The position numbers and the translations under genes are program-made. Positions 25,179 to 38,246 of a stretch of DNA of 64,000 nucleotides are shown one piece after another (within the stretch, counting starts at the first letter, position 1; each line of letters opens with the position of its first letter). Below the pieces are notes generated by a model. The model saw nothing but the letters and a program-made list of their open reading frames with translations, ran no database searches and was not told where the DNA came from. This stretch comes from Camelus ferus (lineage: Eukaryota): assembly GCF_009834535.1 (NCBI RefSeq), contig NC_045696.1, positions 94,490,001 to 94,554,000 on the forward strand, read 5' to 3'.

Positions 25179-26736
25179 GACTGTCTGAAATTATTAAAAA
25201 AAAATACTGACATAATGTTTACTCTCCCACTTAACATTTACAGATTAAATCTGTTCATTTATAATGTAGTTACTTTCATTGTTCGTGTTTTACAGAGCAT
25301 GAAACAGGACATAGAACGAAGTCATTTGCCCCTGGATTATGAAGTAGAAAGCAGTGCACATAGGTAGTGAAGCACTGGAGTTTACATTCATAACCACTTC
25401 ACTATATTGCCTCTTCTAATAATCTCCTAGATCACGATAAGAATTTTATTTCTTACATCATATTAAGATTCTTTCTGCTAGCTTTTTCATAATCCAGAAT
25501 CAGTAACCCTTGATTAGCCTTGCTTCTGATGCATTCGTGAACAAAGACAAGCCTAGGCTTTGAGGGAAACTGCAAAGCAATGAAACAGAGCCCCTTAACA
25601 GGAAAACAGTTGCTGGGATTCTAGCCCCTTACTCAGTTTCTCTGGTATCATTTATGTAAACTCAGACAATGATCACCCTCTGTGCCCCATGCCCCATGCC
25701 GATGTGCGAAAGGACACAGTTGTATCAAATAATAACTGATTATTTGATTAAATGACAATGGACTACTCTACACAGTCACACACGCACAAAAGCCAACTAA
25801 CCAACTGTTTTGCTAAACCATTTTGATTTACTGGGGGTTAAGTTGCTTACTCTGAAAAGCAAGGTGCATTTCAGTTTGGAATTGCAAGATCTTTTTTTTC
25901 ACTTAGTTTCACACGTATTCTGTTTTTCACTTTGCGCTCTAAATAGTTAGCTAATTGGGACTATTTAACAGATTGTATATGTGGCTGCTGAGGGTAATTG
26001 TATCTTAACAACTGAAGGGGTTTTTACTTAATTTGTGAGTTGGTTCATGGTTTGGTTGAGAATGACCTTGCCTCCTACAGTTGGCATCAAAGAGTCAGGC
26101 AGAAGCTGAAGCGTTCCTGACTGTAGGAGGTGAAGCTCATTCATATTCCTTTGTAAACAAATTAACAGTTGCCAGTGTTTTCATCCCACAAAATCACCTT
26201 AGCAACATGGATATAGAAACAGCACGAACCTTCCTCGGAACCTCCAGTTGTTCCCAGCACCAGGAGACAGCAACAAACCTGACCGGCAAAATTCTCCACT
26301 TATTTTCATCCTGAAAATGAGTGTCAGAATTTCCATGAAACATTATAGAGCCCAATGTTTAAAAAAAAAAAAAAAAAAAAAAAAAGCTCAACTACTCTCG
26401 TATATACAATAGTTATTTCTCAATAGAGCTTTATATACTTTTAAAATTTTTTCCTGACATGGTTTGACCAAGTTTAAATTAATTTTAGCCCAAAAAGAAA
26501 AGGAGGATCTATTTCCAAGTAACTTAGGAAATTAGGCTGGGCTACTTTGAATTGTGGGCCACTGATGATAGTTACCTTGTATTCTTCTGTGTGTGAGGAA
26601 TATGAACGTTGCAGAGTAGAGAAAGGTACAGCCAGAGTCTAGTCATGAAGCCCACCTGAGAGCCTTGGGGCAGAGGAAACCTGGGGCAGGACAAACCTTG
26701 CCAGACAGCTGATGTCAGAAATCTGTACCAAATGTC

Positions 26737-27402
26737 TATGAATCTGTTTCTGTTTTATAAATAAGTTCATTTGTGTCTTTTTTGAAGATTCCACATATAA
26801 GTGATATCATATGGTATTTTTCTGTCTTTTCCTGGCTTACTTCACTTAATATGATGATCTCCAGGTCCATGCATGTTGCTGCAAATAGCATTATTTTATT
26901 CTTTTTATGGCTTAGTAGTATTCCATTGCATAAATATACCACAACTTCTTTATCCAGTCATCTGTCAATGGACATTTGGATTGTTTCCATGTCTTGGCTA
27001 TTGTAAATAGTGCTGCTATGAACATTGGGGTGCAGGTGTCTTTTTGAATTAGAGTTCCCTCCAGATATATGCCTCACAGACACAGAAAACAAACTTATGG
27101 TTATCAGAGGGGAAAGGAGGTGGGAAGGGATAGACTAGGAGTTCAAGATTTGTAGATACTATTATATATAAAACAAATAAACAACATGTTTCTTCTGTAT
27201 AGCACAGGGAACTATATTCAATATCTTGTAGTAACCTATAATGAAAAAGAACATGAAAAGGAATATATGTGTGTATATGGATGACTGGAACATTGTGCTG
27301 TACACCAGAAATTGACACAACACTGTAAACTGACTATACAGCTATTTATTATTTTTTCTCCCTTTTTAAATAGAAGTATAGTCAAAACAAAAAAAAAGGG
27401 GG
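26737..27402 (+). mobile_element. 5'-inverted (twin-primed) L1 insertion
   Basis: 26737-27073 is antisense L1 and 27074-27339 is sense 3' UTR. TSD aatctgtaccaaatgtc (26720-26736) / aatctgtacaaaatgtc (27403-27419). Confidence 0.93.
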
Positions 27403-28208
27403 AATCTGTACAAAATGTCCCAGATAGCTGTGTTTTGTGTGCTTTCCTGTCCACTCATCCTTCCCACATAGAGAGGCAAGAAACCTGTTTATGGATTTCT
27501 TAGAGTTTTGTATGCTGCTGATCTTCACTCTAGACAAAGGAGAACTAGTTAGGCTGAAGCACAATGTATTTAAGACTGCCCCTGGGCCTTGGCCACCTAT
27601 AGCTCTGTCTTCACTCTTTAGTGTCTTGTCTGTCTCTTTGCATTCCTGAAAAGTTTTATTCCTCATGCAAATATTCCACATAGTTCAAGAAACCAGTAGT
27701 AAGAATTTTATGTTTACAAATTTAGCAGAGGGTTTACACCAATATTCAGAGTGAAGGAAAAGCAGACCATCATAAGAAAAAGCACTTCCATGTCTTCACC
27801 ACTGTCGCTCTTCAGTCTGTGAGGACTTGCATTTTCATTGCTGCATTAGTTCATAGAATGTCTAATTACTAGTGTCTGTGTTTAAAAGTTGTAAAAATAT
27901 TTTTAATGGTTTTAATGAATTGAGATATCATAAGCGCTACTTACCCATTTTTCTGTCTTGCACTGGTGTGAGGAAAATCCACGCTGGCCTTGCTGGAGAG
28001 AGAGGCATCACGGCGTGTGTCCCTGGCACCCCATAGTAGAAGAACCATCTTTAAAACGGTACAAAGCCTGGGACTTTAAACACTACGTGAAATGCAAAGA
28101 GTAAAAACGACTGGATGCTACCGGTGCCCTTATAAACTGGAAAACAGCTAGTGACACAGATCAAGAGCCTTAAAGAAGCTCTTGAACAACTTTGTAACAC
28201 AAATCTAG

Positions 28209-31200
28209 TGTCTTAGGTTGGGTTCCCCAAGAAACAAATTGAGGCAGATTTTCCTTCAGGAATTTTATTAGAGTCCCCTTGCGAGGAGCATCTGTGGGGA
28301 ATAATAGAAGCAGGGCTGAGTAGAGAGTGAAGTTGAATGAGGTCGCACGAGGGCCTCGGCAAATCCCACAATCTGAATCTTGTATAGCTCTTCAGAGAAT
28401 CCTCAAATTTTATACCACCACCACCTCCTCCCTCTAGGAGCAGTTCCTAGAGGTGGGTAGCCATGGGGGAGGAGACCTAACATTGGGCAAGGCAGCTCCC
28501 ATCTCTTGAGGCAATTCCTAGGGAAGGACTCAGCTGTGTACCAATATCAACCACACTCACAGCAGCTAGGGAAACGAGGCCTTGGTCCTAACGTGGGGAT
28601 CTGGGCAGCAGACCACAGCATGCACTAGAGTCCAGAACTTGCAAAATTCAGATCCACTTGGTTCATATAAGTTCACCATCTAGAATCATCTTTTCTAGGG
28701 TTCTGGCCTGATGCACAGGATGGAGGTTGGTGGGAGCAGCTACAGCCCTCACCACTGAAGCTGGTCTTGGGAACACAACTTGGGATATGCATCTCCTTTC
28801 TTTACTCCATTCCCATCTAGGTTGTCTTCAGTCTCAAAAAGCACACTCCCTGGTCTAATCAGGTAATGCACGCCTTCATTCCTAAAAGTTCTGATCCTCT
28901 GATGACCATGCACTTCTTAAACTGTGGTGTTGGTACTTGACCATTTACTGTCAACATCTGGTAAGGAGTACCAAGAAACACCCACTGGATCACCTGGCTA
29001 AGGTATTCCTGCTCCCCAACTGTGTCATCGTGGCGGTGCTACCTACTCCTGATCATCAGGGTCCCATCAGCTCACCCAGGACTGGCGGCTCCTTTCTTGG
29101 CCTCTGGCACATGGAATCTAAAGTGCTGGTTGATTAAGAAGCAAAAAGATCTTAAAGTCCTGCAGGTAAAAGCATTCATCTTCTGAGAACAGAACCTCTG
29201 GACCTGCAAAGCTTGTCATTGTAGTCAGAGGCACATCATAGTCAGGAGTGATAGTAAACTTTCCCATCGTGTCTCCTGGGGACACAGCACTATATAGTGG
29301 TCACTAACTCAGGATGTATCCTATATTCTGAGGATGGCACCCCATCTTTGCAGGGTATTATCTCCAAACTTAGGTTTCAGCTATACTTTCAAAAGGCAGT
29401 TTCATCGCCCTGTATAAATCTAGTCCCTTTTGAGTGGTATGGTCTGTTGTAGGAATAGTGTATTCTGTTGTCTTAAGTCCACTGCCAACCTCTTTTGCTT
29501 TAAAGTGGTCCTTGGTCTGCAGGTACAATACCAAGTCTGTGGATCCAATGTTCTGTAAACACTGGAGATGGCTGAGGCCCTACAAGGGGGAAATTCAAAC
29601 CCATATCTGGAATATATACTGATTTCAGTAAAGAAAAATGGCTGCCTTTTTCAGGATGTAACTGACTTGCCACCAAGTGACTTCTTGGTCTCTTTAGAAG
29701 ACTGGTGCCCTGTCAGGTCTCTGTATTGTTCTTTGCTGCTGGCTGGTTGGATATCGGGCAGCAGTAGGTAGCTAGATCAGCCACAGTGACCGAGTCCTGC
29801 GATGCTGACTGGACCCAGGCAGAGTTTCCATCCCTGACATCATGGATACTCTGTTCCCGCTCTCGTGCCAGCACTGCGGTTGCTGACAGCAGAGGCTGGC
29901 TGTCACGTGTCTGCCAGCAGCAGACAGAGTCCGTTCTGTCTGTCTCGCTTTCAGTGCCTCTTTCATGGTAAAAGGAACGGCGGGTGTTCAAGTCCATGGA
30001 CCTTCACGAGCTGTGCTCACTTCCAGAGGCCCATCCTAGTCCTCTTCCTCAGGCCTCCTTTCCCCCAAAGTTTCCATCTTTCTCCTTTCCAATTTCTGAT
30101 CAAGCAGCCACACCCAATGCCACTGATTAGAAGTCCATGTACAGGTTAAACTGGGGCCATTTCTCCTTCCGTATAAATCAGGTATCCTGGTGCATGCCTG
30201 AAGCTCTGCCTGTGAATATTCACTCCTTACCTCTTTCAGGGCCGCAGCTGAATGGGACTATAATAAAGCAGTGGTCCACTTGGAGCTTGTACTTGAAGGT
30301 GGAGATTAACCACCCATGAGCCAAACTATCTATCACGCCCACTTCTTTAAGCCTTTGGATCTCTTTCCACTATCTGCATGGCAGTTTGGAATTTCTAGCT
30401 CAGCTGGGAAGGGCCATCCCTTTTACCAGGTTTCTACAAGCTAACAAGTAGCTTATTAGCACCAATTCCCAGGGTCCTTGCCAGCATCTTATGTCCTGTA
30501 TCATTTCCAAATCAATAATTTCTCCCTTCTGCAACTTCGTACTCTCTCCCCCTTGACTCAGCATGCTCAGAATCCAGCCCTCCTAGCTCCTGACAGCACA
30601 CGTTTTCTAAGTCCGAGGATAGTCCCTTTCCTCCCCTAACAGGCCCAGCACTTCCCATACCACGTTACCTTGTCTCTTGACTGCAGTCTTTGTTGTCTGG
30701 TGGCCAAGAGAAAACATGTCGGCAGATCAGAAGAGAGGAAGGTGCATGTTGCTTTGCAAAACAAGGCTTTTGAACTATTTTTCAAGCAAAGAGGGAGTGG
30801 TAACTTTCAGTGGGCATTTATGCAGAACCAGATTGTCCAGAAAAACCTAGAATTAAGACTTTTTTAGTGTATCAACTCAGATGTCCCCATCACAAATCTC
30901 AGGGTGTCACTCCTTCCTAATCAGAATCTGACATTAGCATCATAGACTTGCCTTGTAGGGGCAGAGAACTCAACTTTGTCCGGAGAGCCACTACGCTTAC
31001 AATGAACTCTTCAGGTTTTCCTGACCTTTCATAGCAGGAGGCAGACATATATATCGCCACCAAGGAGACTATCTAACCTTCATATTTTGTCCTAAATTGA
31101 TGATATATTGCCCTCAGCCTTTCATTATCGTTCTCCAGTGAGTATAGTAGAAAAAAATAATTTTTCCTCCACCATTTTGAATTTTTGCTGAGACTCCTAT

Positions 31201-32415
31201 AATAAAAGACAGATTAATAAAAGAAAAACAACAAATTTACCATGTATAACTCATGGTATATATGGGAGATACTCAGGTTAAAATGAATAATTTTCCAAGG
31301 TCAGTTAGAATTTAGACTTCAGAGCCATTTTAATAGGGAAAGGGGAGGGGCATGTGGGACTCTTAGGGAAGACTAAATGATTTTTAGGAAAGATGAATGA
31401 ACCCTTAGAAGAACAGATGGGAGGTGTCATATTTGATGACAAAGTTTGGGTGCGGTGTCACCTTCTGTTCTCTCCTGTGACAAGGAAGAGAGAACAGACA
31501 GGGAGGGGATCTGTGACAGCTGAGTCCCTTTTAGAGGATCTATCTTTAGGCAAATAAGGGCACTTCAGGGAAATCCTCTCCCTGCATTTGCTGTTTCTTA
31601 AGTGCCTGTAGCTCAAAATAATCAATATACTAAAGCGTCGTATTTTACGGCAGCATATCCTGAACTCCTGCATCATATTTCGGAGTGGCATATTCTGCTA
31701 CCCTTCAAAGGCATTGATGGAATAAGTCATCTGATTCTCCTTTTCTTATCATTACTGTTCTTCCCAGACCTTTATGATGCCTACGGTAGTTCCTACTCCC
31801 AATACCAGTTTACCGCCTGTGGGAGTTTAACAGTCGCACCACTACAGTAGGCTGGGGGCTGCCCATAATCTACCCATCACCAGTGACAGGGTCCTTCCTC
31901 CCAGCCAACTGGTCGGTGACCCAGCTCCAGAGTCACCTGAGTCTCCTTTGTAGGCTCAGTCGTGGCATTAATAGCCTGAGGTGAGATTCCTCAAGAAACC
32001 GACCCTGAGCTGGAGAACTGCATCCAGGTGGTTTTTTGGAGATATTCTGAGGAATAACACCCATAAGGGAGTAAAGGAAGCAGCGTTGGGCAGAGGGAGA
32101 AATTAAACTGGAAGCAGTTGGAACAGAAGTCTCGGCTGGTCATGCGGAGAGCTCTGAAACTGGACTGGCCTGCCCAAATGGTGCGTAGGAGGAGGCTGGG
32201 CTGAGGGCGACTAAGGGTCAGTTTTGCAACTTCCTACATTGAAGAGTCATTGAAATGTGGGCTTCTTATAACACTGGCAAAGCAGCTCCTTTCCCTCCAG
32301 GGCAAGTCCTAGGGAGAGACTGCCTGCCGAGCGCTCTCAGCAGGCCACGGCCCTGGAGGTGAGGAGGAGAGCTTCGTTCTGAAGGGGAATCTGGGCCATG
32401 CACCGAAGACTTTAC
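28209..32415 (-). mobile_element. Degenerate ERVL provirus: LTR16-type LTR (28209-28629), ERV3-16A3-like internal region, LTR16-type LTR (about 31975-32415)
   Basis: Two similarly oriented LTR16-like blocks share gaagcag..tgggcagag.gaga and ggggatctgggc. The internal sequence is ERVL-like and has no intact ORFs. Confidence 0.75.
31143..31707 (-). mobile_element. ERV1-class solo LTR (MER39/LTR39/MER41-group-like) nested in the ERVL internal region
   Basis: aaaagacagattaataaaagaaaaac...gctcaaaataatcaatatactaaag...ggagtggcatattctgctacccttca. Abrupt composition change at both ends. Confidence 0.8.
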
Positions 32416-33499
32416 TTTCGGTTTTGAGTGTCTGATACGATTTAGGGGCAACATATTTGCTCTCTAATTTATTTTACTAGGTTAATATTTTTAAAGCTTG
32501 TAAACCCTTACCACAGACAATATAAGAGGAGCTAATTTTAGAGCTATGCAGGGCAAGAGGGAAAATTCAACCTAGAACTACAAACTACAGAAGACTCAGA
32601 AGTACATGACCTACATCCTAAATAATCAAGGATGGACTGTGTTGGGGAATCATCAAGTGCCTTTGTGCTAAGAGCCTAGTTTCTTATTTTATGAGTAGCC
32701 AGAAACTTGGATTTTTACAAGAGGAAAGGAACGCTCTGTTCTTATCTGACATTCTTGAGAGGCCTGTGGTAAAGTAGTTCATGGTGAGATTCTTTTGCAG
32801 TTAAAAAAAAAAAAAGTCAGATTCCTGACTGCATGAAGACCTCGGATGAGCAAATGTAGTGTCAGGAGGTTTCCCTGGGGCTTATTCAAGTCTAGAAAGG
32901 GCCTGGAAAGCTTGTATACAAGGCAATTGTGTTTCAGAATCTTATTCTCTGTCTCATACTTGGGGGGGGTGTGTGTGTGTGTTTTACCATGATCAGGCAA
33001 TGGCCAGCAATAAATAGACTGAAATAATGGACTAGGAAATAGGAGTTACAACTCTGATGATTTCTGCTATGATAACAAGAAGGGGAAAAAAACACCAAGC
33101 AGGGTATCCTAAAGAAAACCGTATAAGCAACTAAACAAAATAACCAAAGAGAAGAGGATGGAGTAGACTTCAGAATGAGAACTTGCATCTGTGCACAGTG
33201 GTAGTCTTAAATTCTGGCAAGAGGTGTTAAGGGGAACCTGGGCCAAAGAAAATGAGGGGCTCTCAGATCATTCTCAGGCTAAAAAGCATCTAATTAGGGT
33301 TTTTTTTTTTTTTAATGAATTGACTTAAATTTGAGATGGCAATAATTATCTTTGTTTGGTAATAAAGCAACTTAGAAGTCATTGAGCTGTCATAACTGTG
33401 CACTTGGACTTGTCATGTTACTAATTTCCTCCCTTAGACATCCAGTTATAAGCACATCTAATAATATTTAAATGCACAAAAATGACTATGTCACTAAGG

Positions 33500-34500
33500 T
33501 ATTCACTTCCTCTTACCTTGTTTGTTCACTCATCCCTACTATGTCGCAGACATTGCCAGGTATAAGGGATAAAAGATGACTAAGAAACAATTCCTGTCCT
33601 CAGGGAACTCAGTGCAGTAAGGTACACAGACCTAAGTAAAGGTGATACCAGCTACAGGAAAATATAGAAGAGTCGTTCAATAGGACGCTTAGTGACTACC
33701 TACTATGCCCCAGGTTCTAATATTCATAAAATAGGGATAAAACATGGTACATATTCTCAGTGAACTCACGGGAGGGGATATCTTATCTGGACTCATTTGA
33801 CTGAACAAGAGGGACATCTCATCATCAGACTGAAATGATGGGTGAGCATGTATATGTTTTAGGTAAGTTTCATACTTAATGACTAATTGTCCAAGTGAAA
33901 TAGGAGATTTTCACCTGCTCAACGTGCCAAGGGGAGTATTGACTTCCTCAAGTAGTACTCAGTGTAGGAGCTGAGAAGAGAAATTGTAGATTAGCAGGCT
34001 GGAATCATGCCATGAGGGCAGCGATAGAAAGGGACTATGAGAGCTGAGGAGATTGGCAAGAGAACAGTTCAAGTCCATAGATTCTTGTGTTCTTGATAGC
34101 TGAACACCATAGATCATGGGGTCTAAGCAAAGTCAGGAACAAAATGAAGGTGGCACATAGTTGAGAAATTGGAAGAAAATGAATCAATCAAGTAAATTTA
34201 ACTTTTCATGAGGCCAATGAGTATACTGGGGTGACAGAGCAAGAGCTGGAAAGATGGGAGGTCATGGTTTGATGGTTAGTTGTTGAACTTTCGATGTTTC
34301 AAAGGAGGAGACTCCCAAGTTACGACAGGGGTAAGTGAATATGAAGGCCTGTGGCGGTACAGAGATCAGAGAACCATGAGGGCAAGCGCATTGGAGAGGT
34401 CATCCATTTGAAGTTGAGAGTAAGCCAGGATGATGGTGGAAGTTGGGGTGGAGAGGAAGGTCGGGGGTTGGCTGCCCACCTCAGTGGAAGGATGACCATC
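33500..34500 (-). mobile_element. L2 fragments
   Basis: cctactatgtcgcagacattgccagg...cctgtcctcagggaactcagtg, followed by a purine-rich L2 body. Confidence 0.55.
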
Positions 34501-35221
34501 ACCCAGTAGCTCACTTGTCAGGGGTCCCTCAGAATCACATCAGTGGGTATATTCCCTTGCCTGGAGGAGAAGGTAAGGATGCTGGTGAGAATTACCTTCT
34601 CACTGGCCCAGTTTGATCTCCGCCCTTGTTATTCCTGTCAGAAAGATCTAAGGTCTCTAAATGAGCACCGAAGAGCAATCGTTCTCAATACAAGGACAGG
34701 AAGTTAGTGTAACCTCAAAGACCTTTTTACTTTATTGTGTTAATTTCCTCTTTAAAAAGTATTTTCTGCATGACTGTTTCCTAATAAGAAGGATGTGGGG
34801 CAACAGGAAACTCACTGTCTGGGTCTCAAAAAATCTTTATGACCCAGTTCTATCTCCTGGATGAGTTGTCATGCAGACAATTCACCTAACATCCCTCAAC
34901 CCATCCCAGAAAAAGCAGGAGCATCTAGAAGCTAATCTGAGGCAGGAAAAAACACACTGTGTTAAAGAAAGTAAAAGAAAACTACTGAGATTAGAGAAAG
35001 ACAGGGGAGGTTGCACCTCAGAGAGTGGTTAAGACAGTCAAATGCGTAGTGGGTATGAAATTGCTTCTGTACTGGAATACCCAGACAGGTATGTCATTGT
35101 GGTTTTTTTTTTTCCAGCAAGTGAGATGCTGAGAGTTACTTTAGCTTCCTGTGTCATTGAGGACACAGTTAGGAAGACAGACTAAGACTTTCAAACAGAA
35201 GGATTTAGTTACACAGCTTCC

Positions 35222-35605
35222 TCAGTTTAGGTCACTAAGAAATGACAACGTGGGACAAGGATTTGGGTGCAGGTGATGTTTTTGAAGGTATGCTCTTTAA
35301 GAAAAGCTTGTGAGGGAGAGAGCAAATCAGGTTGGAGAAGAGGAAAGGGCCAAGCAAGGATGCGGTCAGGTCAGACAGGGGGCGCTCTGTAACATAAACC
35401 CCACCACAAAACCGTCCCTTGCTTGACACAAAGTGCTCAGTGTTTCATAACCTGGACCCGTCATCACTGGCTGTGGCTGCTCTGTCTGCTGCCATGAGTT
35501 CAGTCTCAGAGAAGGGGGCTAGTTTTGAGCTCTCAGCAGTCAAGGCTCATGGCAACAGGGCGATGGGTACACCAGGCCAGTAAGGGGACTTGGAGCTGGC
35601 GTATC
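35222..35605 (-). mobile_element. ERVL LTR (LTR33/LTR16-group-like)
   Basis: gacaaggatttgggtgcaggtg...gggccaagcaaggatgcggtc...tgagctctcagcagtcaa. Confidence 0.6.
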
Positions 35606-35639
35606 TCCTGCAAAAGCTGGTGGAAAAACAGAGAATCCT

Positions 35640-36050
35640 AAGAGGGGATGGTGAGGCCACCCAGAGTTTGACAAGAGCAGGTCATCTAGAGAGACGACCA
35701 GAGGAAGTGGTATTACAAGAGCCCACAAGCCAGGCCACTGAGGGGGAGGTAGACATGGTAGGCATGGACCAGAAAGAGCTGGGACCACAGGAAGAGGGGC
35801 TGCCTGGCAGAAATCAGAGCTATGGAAGAGATGCTGCCAGAAATGCCATGAAAATCAGAAGGAGGAGGGGGAGAGGAAGGAGGAGGAGGAAGGAGAAGGA
35901 AAAAAAAACTACACCATTGCTATCATCCCACCCCGTGACCCTAATCTTGCTTCCCATTGGATGAATGAACCTACCTAGAGCCTGGGGAAGGTAATTCCTT
36001 GCCATTCAAACCAGGGCAGAAGTTTGGAAACAGATCTCAGAGCCAACAGG
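35640..36050. mobile_element. LTR40-like ERVL LTR
   Basis: gaagaggggctgcctggcagaaatc...cttcccattggatg...cagatctcagagccaacagg. Confidence 0.45.
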
Positions 36051-37726
36051 AGGTTAACTGGGTGCCCCCTAGAGAAACTGAGGGCATCTGCCCTTAGGAA
36101 GGTGAGCTCCATTGTCTGAGAACAGTGTGTTCAGATATCAGATTCTCTGCATTTAGGGACTCTTTGGATTTGGGTAGGAAAAGCTTAGGATGCTGAGTCT
36201 CTGAAGCGACAGCCACCCAAATCAGTTGTGACCAGGAGCTCCAGAGCCAGTGTGCAACCTCAAAGCTTACTCTGCATAAGGAAGTAGATTTATAAGACCA
36301 GTTTTTATTAATTTCTGCTGACTATTTTGAGGATATATATACATCTCCTCTAACTACATACCTTTGCTACTTTCTAAAGGAGTAAAATTCTATTTACAGG
36401 AAATTGGTGAGGGCGAGGGTACCAGGGAGACTTAGAACTTTCAGTCATCTTCAGAAAGAGAAAAGAGAATTTACAAAGCCGTTCTTGATCTTAAACCTAT
36501 GTTAGCAACCCAACTTTGGCAATAGCATAGATGGTTCCTGGGAAATGGAAACCAAAATGATAGTTGGGAAAAAAAAATGATATAAAAAGTAAAATAGGCC
36601 AAGAGAGCACACAGGTTTGGGAAATTAAATACCTTGCCTTTTTATCTTTCATTCCTCACGTAAAATTGATTCCTGTGTTTGAAACCTACTCTGAGTTTTG
36701 TTTTTTTTATTGATCACATTGCCTCTTGTCAAAAAAACATCTAGCAAGGTATTATCACATTGCTCTCCAATGCAACTATAAAAATGTGCATTGTGTGATA
36801 ACTTGCAAGATACTCATCTACACCTAAAAGAAATGATCTATGGACATTTTGATGAAATGCTTTATCCCAATCTCATGCTTGGCTGGTGGTATTTTATAGG
36901 TCCATTTGGAAATAGGTTCATTTTTTTAAACTTTTTTTCAAGGTGGTGATGAAAAACAGGTCATTTATAACTTGATAATACCATACTTAGGTACTTCATT
37001 GTCTTGGGACTCACATATCTTGATTGAATTTAAAACATCACTATTTGAGTCTTCGTAAGTATTTGCAAGTCGATATTTCTCTTCCTATTAATGAAGATGA
37101 AAGGATTCTAGAGGCAGAAAATTATAATCAATGCAAGAGGTACTGCTTGTTCCCCTGAGGAGCCTACAAAGATCCAATCCATGTTTTCGCTCAAGAACTT
37201 TTTGAAGTGCTCGAAGCAACTGTTAAAGCATCTGGGATGTCTGGTGGTTTAAACAGTCCTTTCTGAGAAATATGAAACATTAACTTTCTAAAAATGGCAT
37301 GATAGAAAGAATGAAACGGACTAATGTACAGGAGTGGTCTGAGGGTGACAAACAAGTGACATATGAGGAGGAGCGTGGTCTGCTTTTGATTTTTTCACTT
37401 TAAAAACTCCCCTTTCACATCCCTAACAGCATCATTCTTTTTTTTTTTTTTTTTTTCTGTTTTAATATCACATGATGGTGGGAAATGACAAGAAAGAGAA
37501 TGCTGAGAAAGTAGAATGCTGTGGGGGCAGAGTATGGTGGGATTTTAAATAGAATAGAGTAGGCATTACCTCTCGTCCAGTGCCGTGGGTCCGCCGTGCA
37601 CGGTGTAAGCAGCAGGGTCCTGGGCAGAAAGTCGTGTTTGGAGGTCATCTAGTCTCCCTTACATCCTTTAAGCGAAATTGTACCTGATGTAAGATAGAAC
37701 ATAGGAGACCTATGAGAAAAATCCCC

Positions 37727-37734
37727 TGACGTCA
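37727..37734. promoter_or_regulatory. Perfect palindromic CRE (TGACGTCA) next to a CpG-rich patch
   Basis: Motif seen directly; function is inferred only. Confidence 0.3.
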
Positions 37735-38246
37735 CCCTGAACTATGGTGAAAGATTCTCTCCACTGCTACCCCATCCCCATTATCACAAAAGCTCCAAAT
37801 ACATGGTTTGATTTCTACAAGTTACTGAAACCAAGTAACCTGTGAATTTTCTGTTACCTCTCGGGTCCATCACCTTCATCAGCCAGGAGTATCTTTTGGG
37901 CTCCTGCCTTGTGGGACACACTGACCTGCACTATAGGGGGTGCAAAAGGGGGAGGGGAACGGGCTCTGCCAGCCAGGAGCTTCCAGCCTCCCCCCTCCAT
38001 CTGACTGGCCTGCTACTCTCCCCTTCCTCCTTCCAGCGACTCCACCGTCCTTGAAGACTGAGCACAAGTGCCCCCTCTCTGAGTTCCCCAGTCATAGCTG
38101 CTCCCTTTCTGGAATCAGGAACCACAAAAGTAGAGAAAGGGCAGTTACCATAGGCTAGAGTGTCCGGGAGATACTTCAGAAACAAACAGACATGAAAAGC
38201 TCAGCCTAAAAGAGTCAGCCAGAGTGGTTCAAGTATGGAGGGGTAG

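Noticed and set aside
24913..25187. aaaaaagact.tctg repeats as TSD of the 24977 L1, implying about 50 bp of extra 5' sequence
   Set aside because: The match is mostly poly-A and has a mismatch, so it is too weak to claim a chimeric insertion.
35590..35964. 124-aa ORF with an Arg/Lys-rich end
   Set aside because: Lies in LTR-like sequence plus a purine simple repeat.
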